Assembly: GCA_965644315.1 (NCBI GenBank) | Contig: CBFFRQ010000067.1 | Span: 434,001-498,000, forward strand | From: Caecitellus pseudoparvulus | Taxonomy: Eukaryota > Protista > Bigyra: Bicosoecida | Length of the DNA: 64,000 nt | Reading direction: 5' to 3' | In this document: positions 43,501-55,085 of the stretch, piece after piece | Layout of the letters: each line of letters opens with the position of its first letter | Numbering within the stretch: position 1 is the stretch's first letter | Position numbers and translations under genes: made by a program | Notes under the pieces: generated by a model | The model's input: only the letters and a program-made list of their open reading frames with translations | Told to the model about the DNA's origin: nothing | The model's database searches: none

Positions 43501-43688
43501 CATTCGTGTACAAGGGCACGCGGTACCTGGACACATTGAAGGAGGAGGCGGCGGCTGCAGTGGCAGGGGGTGGCACGGCGCCTTCCTCGCCCTCTCGCAG
43601 CTTCGGCGGTTCGCCTGGCGGTCGAGGGGGGGCCAACCCCTCCTTCGGCTCGTCCTGGAGGTCCACCAGCCGTACAGCGCAGTACTGA
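37561..43688 (+). CDS. Giant Pro/Lys/Ala tandem-repeat protein with C-terminal coiled coil and MAP65/Ase1/PRC1-like terminal motif
   Basis: Exons 37561-37585, 37734-38198 and 38266-43688 are in phase. About 1,200 aa of PKA-rich repeats are followed by a heptad coiled coil and [35 protein letters not shown]. Confidence 0.75.
37739..38190 (+). repeat. 21-bp coding repeat (GKPPGSP); near-perfect for about 4 units, then degenerate
   Basis: ggYaagccacctggcagcccY units. Confidence 0.8.
38310..38525 (+). repeat. 27-bp coding tandem repeat (KKPATPPAA) x8
   Basis: aagaagccagccacgccRccagcagcg units. Confidence 0.92.
38613..39830 (+). repeat. Composite coding repeat of ~30-bp (KPxAAKPSPG) and 39-bp ([13 protein letters not shown]) units, often paired as a 69-bp higher-order unit
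   Basis: Alternating gcagcgaagccatctcctggcaagcc and gcagcgaagccagctagtcctggccc blocks. Confidence 0.9.
40443..40985 (+). repeat. 42-bp coding tandem repeat ([14 protein letters not shown]) x~13
   Basis: Strict 42-nt period; the KST variant occurs in three units. Confidence 0.92.
40986..41476 (+). repeat. 42-bp coding tandem repeat ([15 protein letters not shown]) x~12
   Basis: aagcctgaggctgc recurs every 42 nt. Confidence 0.92.
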
Positions 43689-43817
43689 TCAAACCACCAA
43701 GCCAGGTGACTGTGTCCTCAGGCACTGAGCAGGAATGCATGCAGTGTTTCCGTGAGCCCAGGTCACGTCACAGCTAGGGTTTGCGGTACTCCCTGGCGCT
43801 TGGCTACGGGTGGCAGC

Positions 43818-46800
43818 ATGGCAGTGTCCAAGCCACTTGTGGGCATTCGCCCCGACCCCCAAGCCCGTTCATATTGCTGCAGTCATGCTGTGTTTGGGTG
43901 GGTGACGCCATCGGTGATGAAGGGTTCCCGCACCGAGTTGCAAGAAGAAGATGTGCGTGCGGAATTCGCGAGCGCAGCAATTCCTCCGCATTGCTGCAAG
44001 CTTTGCGCGTCGCGCAGGTGTTTGACATCCCCGACAACGAGAAAAGTGAAGTGGGTGCTGATGAGTTGCACAGGCTTTGGCAGGCTGAGTGCGAGGAGGC
44101 GTCGGCGCAAGGACGGGAGCCGCGGCTGGCGACAGCGATTCGGCGGTTCGTCTTGCCAGGACTGGCAATAGCGGCGGCGTGGAAGTTGCTGTGGCTGGTC
44201 TCCGCCGTCACGAGCAATGCTGTAATTCTCCGGTCTCTCATCCAGTTTCTAGAGGACGGAGAGACTGACCTTGGCTTGGGCCTGGGACTGGCCGCAGCCT
44301 TTGTCGGCAGCGAGCTGTCGAAGTCCCTCGCAGTGAACCAGCACTGGGTGAACTCGGCACGGGTCGGCCTTCGGCTTCGAGGCGCGGCCCGCCTGCTCAT
44401 GTACCGCAAGGCCCTGCGCCTGGGTGGTGCTGGCAGTGCGGTGGGCAGCACGGTGAATCTTATCTCCCAGGATGCGCAGCGCTTCTACGAGTCCTGCGTG
44501 TACGGCGTGTTCCTGGTGTCAGCACCGGTGGCCACCCTGGTGGTGCTGGGGGCAATGTGGGCTATCCTTGGCCCCACTGTCTTGGCGGGCTTCTGCATCA
44601 TGTTCATCGTTCTCATCATTGGCGTCAACATCGGCAAGTTCAACGGCCGGGTTCGCCGCGAGACGGTGCGCATCACAGACCAGCGTGTGAAGCTGATGAC
44701 AGAGCTGCTGAACGGCATCAAGCTCGTCAAGTTGTATGCGTGGGAGGCTGCATTCGCTGACAAAGTCCAGGGCGTGCGCAGTGCCGAGACGACATCTCTG
44801 CGGCGTGCAGCGTTCGGGCTAGCGGGCAGTATGGTCGTGGCATTTGCCACGCCTGTCTTGGTCATTTCAGCCACCTTCTTCGCATATGTATTGAGCACCG
44901 ATAACGTGCTGCGTCCGTCCGATGCCTTTGCCATTATTGGTTTGTTTTTTGTGTCGCGCTTCCCGCTGAGTGTGTTGCCTCTCAGCATCAAGAACTTCTC
45001 AGAGGCTTCCGTTGGCGTTGGCCGCATGCAGGCCTTCTTGCTCCAAGAGGAAATTCGCGAAGAGGATATGCCCACTCCTCTGCAAGCAAGCGAGGGCGCA
45101 CCACATGTGGTGCGATTCCAAGATGCGTCGTTCGCCTGGGGGGGTGCGGAGCCGGCGGCAGCAACAGGAGGATCGCCGGGCACCTCCTTCGCGCTCCGCA
45201 ACTTGACGCTGGACATCCCACAAGGCTCCCTCGTTGCCATCATTGGCCCAGTCGGTGCAGGCAAGACCTCGTTGCTATGCAGCTTGCTTGGGCACCTGCA
45301 CAAGCAAGGCGGCACGTCGGCGATGGTCCCTTCAGTGGCCTACTGCGCTCAAGCGCCATGGGTATTCAATGCGACACTGCGGGAGAACATCACCTTCACG
45401 GCGCCCTTTGAGGAGGACAAGTACCGCCGTGTCGTGCACGCCTGTGCGCTGGAACCGGATGTGGAGCTACTAGACAATGGCCATGAGACAGAAATCGGCG
45501 AAAAGGGCGTTACACTCTCTGGCGGCCAGCGTGCCCGTGCTGCCCTGGCTCGAGCAGCGTACAGTGACAAGGAGGTGCTGCTCCTGGATGACCCTTTGTC
45601 AGCTGTGGATGTGCATGTGGGCCAGCACATGTGGCAGCACTGCTTGTCCAACGACGGCATCCTGGCTGGCCGCACACGCTTGCTCGTCACACACCAGGTG
45701 CAGTTCCTGCCCGCGTGCGACATGGTGGTGGTCATGGAGGAGGGCCAAGTCTCTGCTTGTGGGACCTTCGAGGAACTGCTGAGTCGGGGCGTGGATTTTC
45801 AGCACCTAGTTGAGCCTGAAGACAATGCGGACGCTGATGGCGCGCAGGGCGTCGCGGAGTCGGGCGCCGCCGTGGAGCCATCATCCATCGTCCTGGACTG
45901 CAAGCAGCCGGCTGCACAAACCTCTACACAGCTGTCCAGCATCACCCATGGAAGCCGTGTGAGCAGCCGCACCCCGTCAGTCGCCGAGCAGCCTGCGAAG
46001 AAGCCTGCCGCACAGCTTATCACGAAGGAGGAGGTGGGGCAAGGCTCCGTGTCCTGGCACACGCTGGCTGCTTATGCACGGGCAGCTGGATCTGTGGCAT
46101 GGGTCGGCTTGCTTCCTCTCCTGTACGTGGCAGCCAAGGCGACCCGCCCCATCTCAGACTGGTACTTGGCAGCTTGGTTGGAAGAGGCGAGGAAGGAGGA
46201 GCTGGCCATGCAGGCTGCGGGCACGCCCGGGACAGTGGACCAAGATGCCAACATGGGAATTTACGGGGGCACCGTGGCCGCCATCGTCCTTGCCAACCTT
46301 TTACTGGGACTTCTCTTTGCTTTCTTGTCCATGCAGGCCTCCCGCGAGATGCACCGCTCTGTGTTCGCATCGGTGCTGCGTGCACAAGCAGCCTTTTTTG
46401 ACACGACGCCTTTGGGTCGCATCTTGCAGCGATTTGCAGCTGACTTGGATGCTGTGGACGTCACCCTGCCCTCCACACTGCAGACGACGATGGATCTGCT
46501 GAGCCAGTGCATCTTGGCTCTCGTCGTCATTGCGACGGTGTTCCCGTGGTTCCTTGTTGCCCTCGCTCTCATCGCGTGTGCCTTCGGGTATGCCGTCTCC
46601 ATTTTCCGCAAGGCTGTGCGCCAGATGAAACGCATCGAGAGTGTGACCCGATCCCCCATGTTTTCCACCATGACTGCCGCAGCCAACGGGCTGGCTACCA
46701 TCCAGGCCGCTGGGGAAACTGACGCGTATGCGGCACACTTCACCTCCACGGTCGACCGCAACACTGCCGCGTTCTTCAATTGGTACATGATCAACCGGTG

Positions 46801-48031
46801 GGTGTCCATCCGGCTGGATATGTGTGTCATCGCCATTTCCTTCTCGACTGCTGTCCTGTCTGTGCTGACAGTGATCACCGGCGCCATTCCGCCTTCCCAA
46901 GCTGCACTGGCCCTCGTGTACTCCTTGCAGTTGGGTGGCATCTTCCAGTTTGCTGTGCGGCAGCTGATGGAGTCGGAGGCCCAGTTCACGTCAGTTGAGC
47001 GTTTGACTTACTACACTGACCATGTGGACCACGAGCAGCCAAGGGCAGCAACACGAGTCATCGTACACGGCGAGGGGCCACCCCCTGTGGCGAGCCTGCC
47101 GGCTGGGACGCTGGACGACGCGTTCAACCGCGCACAACCATGGCACCCAAGGCACTGGGACGGAGACTTATTGGCAGCCGACTGGCCGTCAGCCGGACGC
47201 GTGACGTTGAAAGATCTCAGCGTCCGGTACCGCCCTGGGTTGCCTTTGGTGCTGCAAGGGGTATCAGCGGACATCCAAGCTGGATGGAAGGTGGGCGTGG
47301 TTGGGCGCACTGGCTCAGGCAAAAGCACTTTGGGGCTGTCCCTCTTCAGGCTTCTGGAGGCTGCGGAGGGCAGCATTTTCATCGATGGCGTGGACATCGC
47401 GTCTGTGAACGTGTATCAGCTGCGCTCTCAACTCAGCGTCATTCCTCAGGAGCCGTTCATGATGGCCGGCTCCATCCGCTACAATATGTCACCATTCGGG
47501 CAGCACACTGATGAAGAGCTGTGGACTGCCCTGGGCCGGTCGGGCTTGTCTGAGTTTGTCGAAGGCCTGCCCGACGGCCTGGACTTCATGGTGGCAGCTG
47601 GTGGTAGCAATGTTTCCCAGGGTCAACGCCAGCTGTTCTGCCTCGCTCGTGCGTTGCTTCGCCGATCCCGCATCGTCCTGCTGGATGAAGCGACGTCATC
47701 TGTTGACAGGGTCACGGATGATATCATCCAGACCAGCGTTCGCCAGTTCCTGACCGGCAGCACGCTGGTTGTGATTGCTCATCGGCTTGACACGATCGCG
47801 GACAGTGACCGCATCTTGTGCATGGATGCAGGGAAGGCCAAGGCGTTTGCACACCCAGCGCAGTTGCTCGGGCTTGTCCCTGGCCACTCCGACCCTTCCA
47901 ACCTCTTTAAAGAGCTCGTGCAGCAGATGGGGCCGGCAGGGCAAGCCTCCATCGAGCAGGTTGCGAAGGATGCGTGGGACAAGGGACATGCAGGCGCGGA
48001 GGTGCCGAACACTGCCCCTGCTGCCGAATGA
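43818..48031 (+). CDS. ABC transporter C family (MRP-like, short form TMD1-NBD1-TMD2-NBD2)
   Basis: Intron 43953-44017. KLVKLYAWE; NBD1 GPVGAGKT, LSGGQRAR, LLLDDPLSAVD; FFDTTPLGRIL; NBD2 GRTGSGKS, LDEATSSVD, IAHRL. Confidence 0.95.
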
Positions 48032-48287
48032 CATGTCCATGGCAGATCTTCAAATGTGCAATTCAAAGTTTAAGACAAGCCCACGCCTGGACCACCTCAT
48101 GAGGAAGCTGGCGCTCCTTGCCCACAACTGGTCTCAAGGATGGCCAATTGCGGGTGAAACGCGCCACAATCACAGCAGTGCCAAATCCCAGCTCGCCAAC
48201 TATCCCCAACCGCCATTGGTGCTACCTCGTGCCTGAACATCGCTCTGTGGTGCGTCGCCCCTGCAAGCCTTCGCTGATCAAAGCACC

Positions 48288-49131
48288 ATGCTGTCTGCGG
48301 CATCCCGAGCAGCGCCAGTGGCTTGTGCGCGAGTCATGCCTCGTGCAGTGGCGCGCCTGGGCGCCTGTGGCGTGCACACAGAGGCCAAGCTCGAGGAACT
48401 GGGTCTGGAGCTCCCACCGCCGGGCAAGGCGCAGGCCAACTACATCCTGAGCGTCCGCAGCGGCGACACAATCTTCACTGGTGAGCGCAGCTGATGCGAG
48501 TTGTGGCCACCCCGCCGAATCCTTCGCATCACCCTGCACTTCCCACTCGGCCCACTCCATCGCTGCAGCCGGCCACCTTCCCATGATGCATGATGGTGAG
48601 TGCCTGTTTCACTCTCCTGCTGCCTGCCAGGCCTTTTTCGTAGCAGCCTGACACCAAGAAGCTTTGGGCTGTGGGCTCAAGTTCCGCACCTTCCTTCGCC
48701 CCGCTTACAGGCACACTGATGTCCGGCAAGGTCGGCGTGGATCTAAACACAGAGGAAGCGTATGCTGCGGCAGAGTTGGTCGGGCTGAACATCTTGAGCA
48801 CGCTGAAGGGTGCGTGTCTCCTGCACTTCGCTGCCTCGTGGCTCCTGACCACAGAACCTTGCGGTCCCGCGCAGCCGAGCTGGGAGATTTGGACCGCGTC
48901 AAGCGCATTGTGAAGCTGAACGGATTCGTGAACTGTGTCGACTCGTTTTCCGCCCAGCCCAAGGTTATCAACGGCATCAGCGACTTGTTCGGGAAGGTCT
49001 TTGGGACTCGCGGGGTCCATGCACGCAGCGCTCTTGGCACCAACGCCCTGCCGTTGAACGTGCCAGTTGAAATTGAAGCGATCGTGGAGCTGTACCCAGG
49101 TGATGAGGTGGCACCCCCTGAGGACAGGTGA
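48288..49131 (+). CDS. RidA/YjgF/YER057c family protein with probable mitochondrial presequence (4 exons)
   Basis: Exons 48288-48480, 48569-48595, 48711-48809 and 48875-49131. LEELGLELP, ANY, AGHLP, RIVKLNGFVN, HARSALG (catalytic Arg) and VPVEIE. Confidence 0.92.
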
Positions 49132-49400
49132 CACTCGTGGGTCTGCCAGGGCAATGCAAGAGCTCCATCCTCAGTGGCTAGCAGAGGCCGCGTGCCAGGA
49201 TCAGAGCAGATCTGGGACAATCCCCCACAGCTCAGCACTTGATCTGCAACCTGCATATTTGCATGAACTCTGCTGACTGTGCAGTGCGAGAGGACAGTGG
49301 CCGGCATCAGCCTTGCCGCTGTCTTGCTTGAGACCACTGTTGCCGGGTCTGCTTCGACTTGCGAGGCTGAGGCACAGCGGCGATTTCAAGCAGCGACAGG

Positions 49401-50509
49401 ATGGATACCGAGTCGCCCTGGATTCACGTGAGCTTGGTGCCTGCTGTGGGGTATACACTTCTCGTGTATAGCTTCTTGACGGTGGTGGCGCTGGGCTGTA
49501 TGTGGTCAACTTCCGCACCAAGCATTGCTGCTCCCAAAGCTGCTCCAGCAGCGCCAGGAGGGCAGAAGGACAGCATTGTCCTGGTCATCGCACATCCAGA
49601 TGATGAGGCCATGTTCTTTGTGCCTTCCATTCTCCACCTGCGTCAACACTTTCACGTGCATGTCCTGTGCTTGTCCAACGGTATGGCGAGGAGAGTGCGG
49701 ACTGGCTTTGTCTGGCTGGCACCATTCACACAAACTCCGCAGGGAACTTTGACGGGCTGGGGAAGGTGCGCGAGAAGGAGTTGCTTGCCTCATGCGTTGG
49801 CGTGCTCGGGTGCAAGGCTCCTCATGTGCACGTCGTGGACAGGCCCGAGTTGCCAGACGGCATGGCAGCTGACTGGCCCGCCGCCATCGTTGCAGAAGAG
49901 GTGGAAGAATACGTCCGCGTGCACCGCATCCAAGCCGTACGTAGGGCTGTGCTGTGCGCTTTTGGCACACAGGGGCCCACCCCGCCCTGGTTGCCACCCA
50001 CATCGTGTCGCTTGTCCCAGGTATTGACGTTTGACGAAGGCGGCGTGTCTGGGCACATCAACCACATCCACACACACCGTGGAGTCCTGCATTGGGCTGC
50101 TGTGACCAAGCTACAGCGTTCCATGACTCCACGCGCAAGGCAGGCTTGGGATGCAGCCCACGCAGGCGACCCAACCCACCCGCGTGCCTTGGCGGCGCGG
50201 CGCATCCCTGTATGGCAACTGCTCTCCACCGGGCTGGCCCGAAAATACGCAGGAGCTATAGACCTGGGTTTGTCGGCGCTGCTCGATTCAGAGCATGGGC
50301 TGGGGCTGGACCCAGTGCGTTTGCCCACCGCCTTCCCGGGCTACACAGGGCACACTCCGGTGGGTTCGGCCCTGCTCCTCACCTCGCCTGATCTGCTCAC
50401 TTCCCACTGCGCCATGGTGGCGCATGCAAGCCAGTATGTCTGGTATCGCCGTCTGTTCATCTTTTTCTCCAGGTACACCACCCTGAACTCACTCGTGCGC
50501 GTCGCCTGA
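49401..50509 (+). CDS. PIGL: GlcNAc-PI de-N-acetylase (GPI biosynthesis)
   Basis: Introns 49681-49742 and 49937-50020. N-terminal TM, AHPDDEAMFF, LCLSNGN, TFDEGGVSGHINH, HASQYVWYRRL..FSRY. Confidence 0.93.
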
Positions 50510-51012
50510 GGGGGTGGGCGCCAGCAGAGCCAGCGAAGCTAGAGTCTGCACATGCGACACGGAAGAAAGCCATAAGATGCCGTGTGTGACAGCCGGTATG
50601 TGGCGCCAGGCTCACCTTGTGCCGAGCTAAGTCGGCCCGGGAAGTGTGGGAAGCCACAGATGCGGCGTTGAACGAAGTGACTGCCTCGTTGTACGAGGCA
50701 TCTGAGCTGCCGAGCAATGCTGCTTGCACGAGAGCATCAGCCGCAGCACTCAATGCACGGACATGTCTGCAAGGGATTGGGGCCATGGCGCAGTGTGGAA
50801 GTGAGCCTCGTGGAGGCAGCAGCACTCACTGCTTGGCTTCTCCTTCCACCTCACTCAAGTCCTTGTTTGGAAGCTGCTCACGCAACGCAAGAAGGGAAGC
50901 ATGAAAGGACAACAAGGTTAGAACTAGTGTAAAAGCCGGGTGTCTAGCTCACCGCGTGGTCGGGGCACTTCTCCAGAGTCAGCTGCGCTTCTTCGGACTG
51001 GAGTGTTGCCAT
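50489..51012 (-). CDS. Small hypothetical protein, 103 aa, 4 exons (not recoverable from the ORF track)
   Basis: Exons 51012-50953, 50873-50830, 50766-50616 and 50545-50489. Three GTGAG..CAG introns of 79, 63 and 70 nt all keep phase. Product: MATLQSEEAQLTLEKCPDHALPNKDLSEVEGEAKQHVRALSAAADALVQAALLGSSDASYNEAVTSFNAASVASHTSRADLARHKTLASLALLAPTPSGDAHE. Confidence 0.7.
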
Positions 51013-51394
51013 GCTGGGTCAAAAACCGCACCCAACGCCAGACAGCAATGCGATCGGAATGAGGCAAGCGCAGCTTGGCCTGGGAGTTGCAGATTGGGCC
51101 TTCCGAATTGTGAGCAGGAGGGGAGTCTGCCAATGCCACGAGGTTTGCCGGCTCCCCATGCTTGGGGCTGGCCTCGCCGGATTCGCTGCTCGGCTTTCTC
51201 TGGAGCATGCAGCCCAGGCCAACACCAGATTCTCAACAAATCCTGAACTTCTACTTCTTATTTTTTGACTTGAAACAGATGCAGGTGACGGCTTTTCCTT
51301 GCGCAGCCGCTCCGCAGAAGCTGCTTGCGACTGGGCACGCACCGGTAGCGTTGCGTCGGCGTTTCCCTTCATTCCCCGCGACACGCTTGGCGAC

Positions 51395-52223
51395 ATGGCG
51401 GCTGCAGGGTACCCTTTGTCCCTGCACGTCTTGTGTGGCAGTTGCCAAACGGTAGTCGGTGCCCCACTGGGCCATCCTGTCGTCCGCTGTGGCAACTGCT
51501 CGTCCTTGCTGCGCATTGGCGGAGCTGTGCGCTTTGGCTCCCACCAACAAAGCTTGAGCCCAGCCATCCAGGAGTACTTGGCGCAGCGGCGCGCGGCTGC
51601 GACCCGAACACAGCAGTCCCAGCCTGCCAGCAAGGCGGCCTCTCAGTCTGCCATCGATGCGCTGAAGCGTTTCTCTGCCACTGAAGCCTGGCTCCGGGAT
51701 GAAGGCAACCCCGAGTGTGTCATCACAGCGGAAGGTGAGTGTGCGCGATAGAGCAAGAGGCAAGACCATTTGCTGAACCCCCAAATTCTATGGTATTGTG
51801 CAGAGTTCAAGAAGGGGGACGAGGTGCTGCAGATGCCGTGTGGCCACTATTTCAAGCCAGACGGACTGCTGCAGTGGCTGTCGCAGGTGCGAGGTTACCT
51901 GCCCAGCGTCTGCCGTGCCACAGACACAAACGGTTCATATCTCCCCCTCTTGCATTTCCACACAGAACCACACTTGCCCTGTGTGTCGGCACGAGGTGGA
52001 GCCCGCCCAGCCGGCTCCTGGCTCGGATTGGGCAGCGGGAGGCGCCAGGTCTGCAGCCGCCGCACCATCTGCAGCCGCGCCGTCGGAAGGTACAGCCTCA
52101 ACAACTGCTCAGCCCCAGTTCCTGCAGGGGTCCGATGGCCGCATCGTGCTGTCTGGGCGTGCCATGACTGGCGCGGGACGCAGCACCCGGCCCAGCGGCG
52201 GGGGCGGGTGTACTGTGCAGTGA
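51395..52223 (+). CDS. Zinc-ribbon (LSD1-like CxxC..CxxC) + degenerate RING-H2 protein with C-terminal CaaX
   Basis: Introns 51735-51803 and 51887-51965. CGSC..VRCGNC; CVITAEEF..MPCGHYFKPDGLLQWLSQNHTCPVCR; ends CTVQ. Confidence 0.85.
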
Positions 52224-52528
52224 TGGTGCAATGCAGCGACAAATCAGCGGCACGGTGCAGTGAAAGCCATGATTGTGAGTGTGCCCCAAGGGTGTCGCTA
52301 CTGGTGGCGTGTGGGCACCTGTGTGTGCTGTTGAGCCGCACGGCACGTTGGCTCGAGCATAAGGACTGGGAAACGCAAATCCCAAGCCGTAGAGCCCAAG
52401 CAATCCATGCACAACCATGCCTGATCCGAAATTGCCGCACCATCCTCGCCATTCGGCCCCCTGCGGCTGTCTTTCCCACAGCCCAAAAGCACGGGTTTCC
52501 CATCATCTCGGCCACAGACCAAACTTGC

Positions 52529-54985
52529 ATGGACAGAAGCGCGTCGGAGGCCACTGGGCTAGCAACACCGGTGAGTGGTTGTGTGGTTGCCCTCCACGGC
52601 AGGCTCTGCGCAGCCACTGCTGCATCGATTGATTCGTTTGGGCACCGCGTCAATTTCCGCACACCTTCCGCAGGGAAGCGATGGCCTCCGGCGCCGCGTG
52701 AACACCGTGGGCGGCGCAAGGGTTTCCCTGGCTGACTACACTCAGGTGCCCGCAGTGTACCGCAGACCTTCTTCCAAACGTGCACCATCTGCGTTCGAAG
52801 AAGTTGCAGGCACAGTTGTGACGGCTGGCGCAGCCTCTGGCTCAGACACCAGCTCGTTGCTGGAGAACTTCCAGGCAGCGCTGCATGGCGAGGTGCTGAC
52901 CATGCTGCACACGGCATGTGCCAAGGAGGGCGATCCACGTACTCTTGCTCTGGGTGCGTGGCTTGGCTTGCCCTTGCAACCTCCTGCTTGGGCCCACGCT
53001 GCCCACACCTCCATGCACAGAGGACTTGTTCTTCAGCCTCTGCTGCCCTATCGAGGAGGACGTCATGCTCCGCTTGCGGTCTGCTGCAGGGGCTGCGTCT
53101 CTGCCACAGACTTACCACGCCCTCCTGGCCCAGTACTACGCGACATGTTACAGCGAGGTGGTGCAGACGCTGCTGCCGCTGTGCGGCCAGCTGTGGGTAA
53201 GTGCTGCGCTGCAAAGTGCCGTGTTGGCTGTACAAGCTCATGGCATACAAAGTGGGTCATGCTGCCTTTCCTCTGCAGAGTCACCCGCTGTTCCCCAGCA
53301 TTTTCGCGCTGCTGTTCAACTTGTGGCTACTGGGCACCTTCCAGCCGGTCGGGCAGCAGGAGGGCTTTCAAGCAGTGCATGTGGCCGCACTGACATCGGG
53401 CGTGACGCGTCTGTTCTGGTCAGATGTACAAACCAACGGCTTCGAGTTCCAGCACCTGTTCGCGTTCTTGGCGCGGCAGATGGGGCACCCGACACATCTG
53501 GACGCGGTGCCTCCCACTCTGCACGCAGAGCTCGTGGCTGTGGTCATGCGTTTCATGCTGTACTACAACCAAGCTGCTGATCTGGCGACTTTCCTGCGGC
53601 AGCTCCCGCTGCGCAGCATCGTGTCCACGCGCGAGATGGCTGAGGCCGCCGGAGTGCCGTGGCTCATGCCGAGCGGGGCTGGGGCAGAGCAGGGCAGCAG
53701 CATGGCCGGCGCGGCTCCTTCAACACCTTCCTCCAGCCCCCTGCCACCCGTCACTGACAGCAGCGTCATGCGTGCTGGGCGCTTTGATGCTCGCTGGGGC
53801 GGCGGTGAGGCTACCCTAACCCAGGCGCCCTCGCTGTCCTCCTTGGTGGGGGAGGTGGATGCCGCCCTCACGCCCGGCGTCACTGCGGCAGGGCGCATCC
53901 CATCAGGCGGTCTGGACGACATGGAGTTGCCTGATGGGTGGGCGGAGCGCGGCGGCGGCAGTCCAGGTGGTCGCACGGCGACACCCCTCATCCTGGACAG
54001 CGACGACGAGGACGGCGGCACGGGTGGTGGTGGGCCCACGCCCACCACCCCCACACTCCTGGCAGCCCGGCCCACCCCGGCCTTGGACTTTGAGGACTCA
54101 CTGCCCCCCCTCCCTGCTTCAGCTTCGTCCATGTCTGACAGCGGCGAGGAGGGGTGTGGGGGGGGCAGCGTGCCCCGCACACCGGCCGCCCCGCGCACAG
54201 CCGCCGCCCTGACCGTCGCCAGCGCAGCCCGACAGGAACTGCAGGGCTCGCCGGGGTCTGTGGAGGAGGGGGTGGGCGGCGAGGGCGTGGGGAGTGAACT
54301 GCTCGCCACCCTCCCGACGCCAGACATGCCTAGCACGGGCGGCGTGTTCGGCGAGCCAGCGCGCACATTTTCGCCCGTGTCCCCGGCTGCCCTGCGCCTC
54401 AAGGCAGCTGCTCTGGTCAAGTGTGTGCTGACCATGGTGCGGGGCATTCGGCACGAAGCCTCCCTCGTGCACTGCATCACAGCCATGCGCGTCTTCGCTG
54501 AGCCGAGCTTTCAGGCTCTGCTCTGCCCTGAGGCGCAGGCGCGGCTGCGCTCTGGTCTGCAAGCATTCACATCTCCTGGTGGGCCACTGTTCCCCACTCG
54601 GGCTGTGCGCAGCATGGCGCGTCGTGTGCTGGACGCCGTGTTTCCGCAGGGGGTCACCACGCGGCGCCTCGTGTCCCTCGCCTTCCGCATGCTGTCGCCG
54701 TATTACGCCGTCGAATCCGCGCAGGCCTTCGTTTGGGAAGGTTGCGTCGCCGCCGCCAGTGGCTGCGGCTGCTCACGCAGGTCCGTGGCCCAAGCCGCTC
54801 GGCAAGCTGCCGAAGCCACCGGCGTGCCTCTGCCCACGCCAGTGTCCAAGGACGTTCAGATGCAGCGGCGGTCGGAGCCGTTACCTGCCACTGTCTTGGA
54901 AGCCTTGGCCATGTCTGTGAACGTCATGGCTTGTCTGTGCTGCTGCCGGAGTCGGGGTAGTGCCGTGGCCAGGGGAGGCAAGTAG
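52529..54985 (+). CDS. Conserved uncharacterised eukaryotic protein (FWxDxQTN / FTSPGGP.(Y/F)PTRAVR family) with large low-complexity insert
   Basis: Introns 52571-52673, 52954-53020 and 53197-53278 are in phase. IFALLFNLWL, LFWSDVQTN, RFMLYY and AFTSPGGPLFPTRAVR..LDAVFPQG resemble an uncharacterised plant/algal family (recalled from memory, not searched). Confidence 0.75.
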
Positions 54986-55085
54986 CTGCCTCGGCAAAGC
55001 CACACCCAGCTCAAACTGCCCTGCCCGGAGTACCGCTCAATGCACCTCGAATCATGAGCGCGCGCCCTTGCACGTACTGGCAAGC

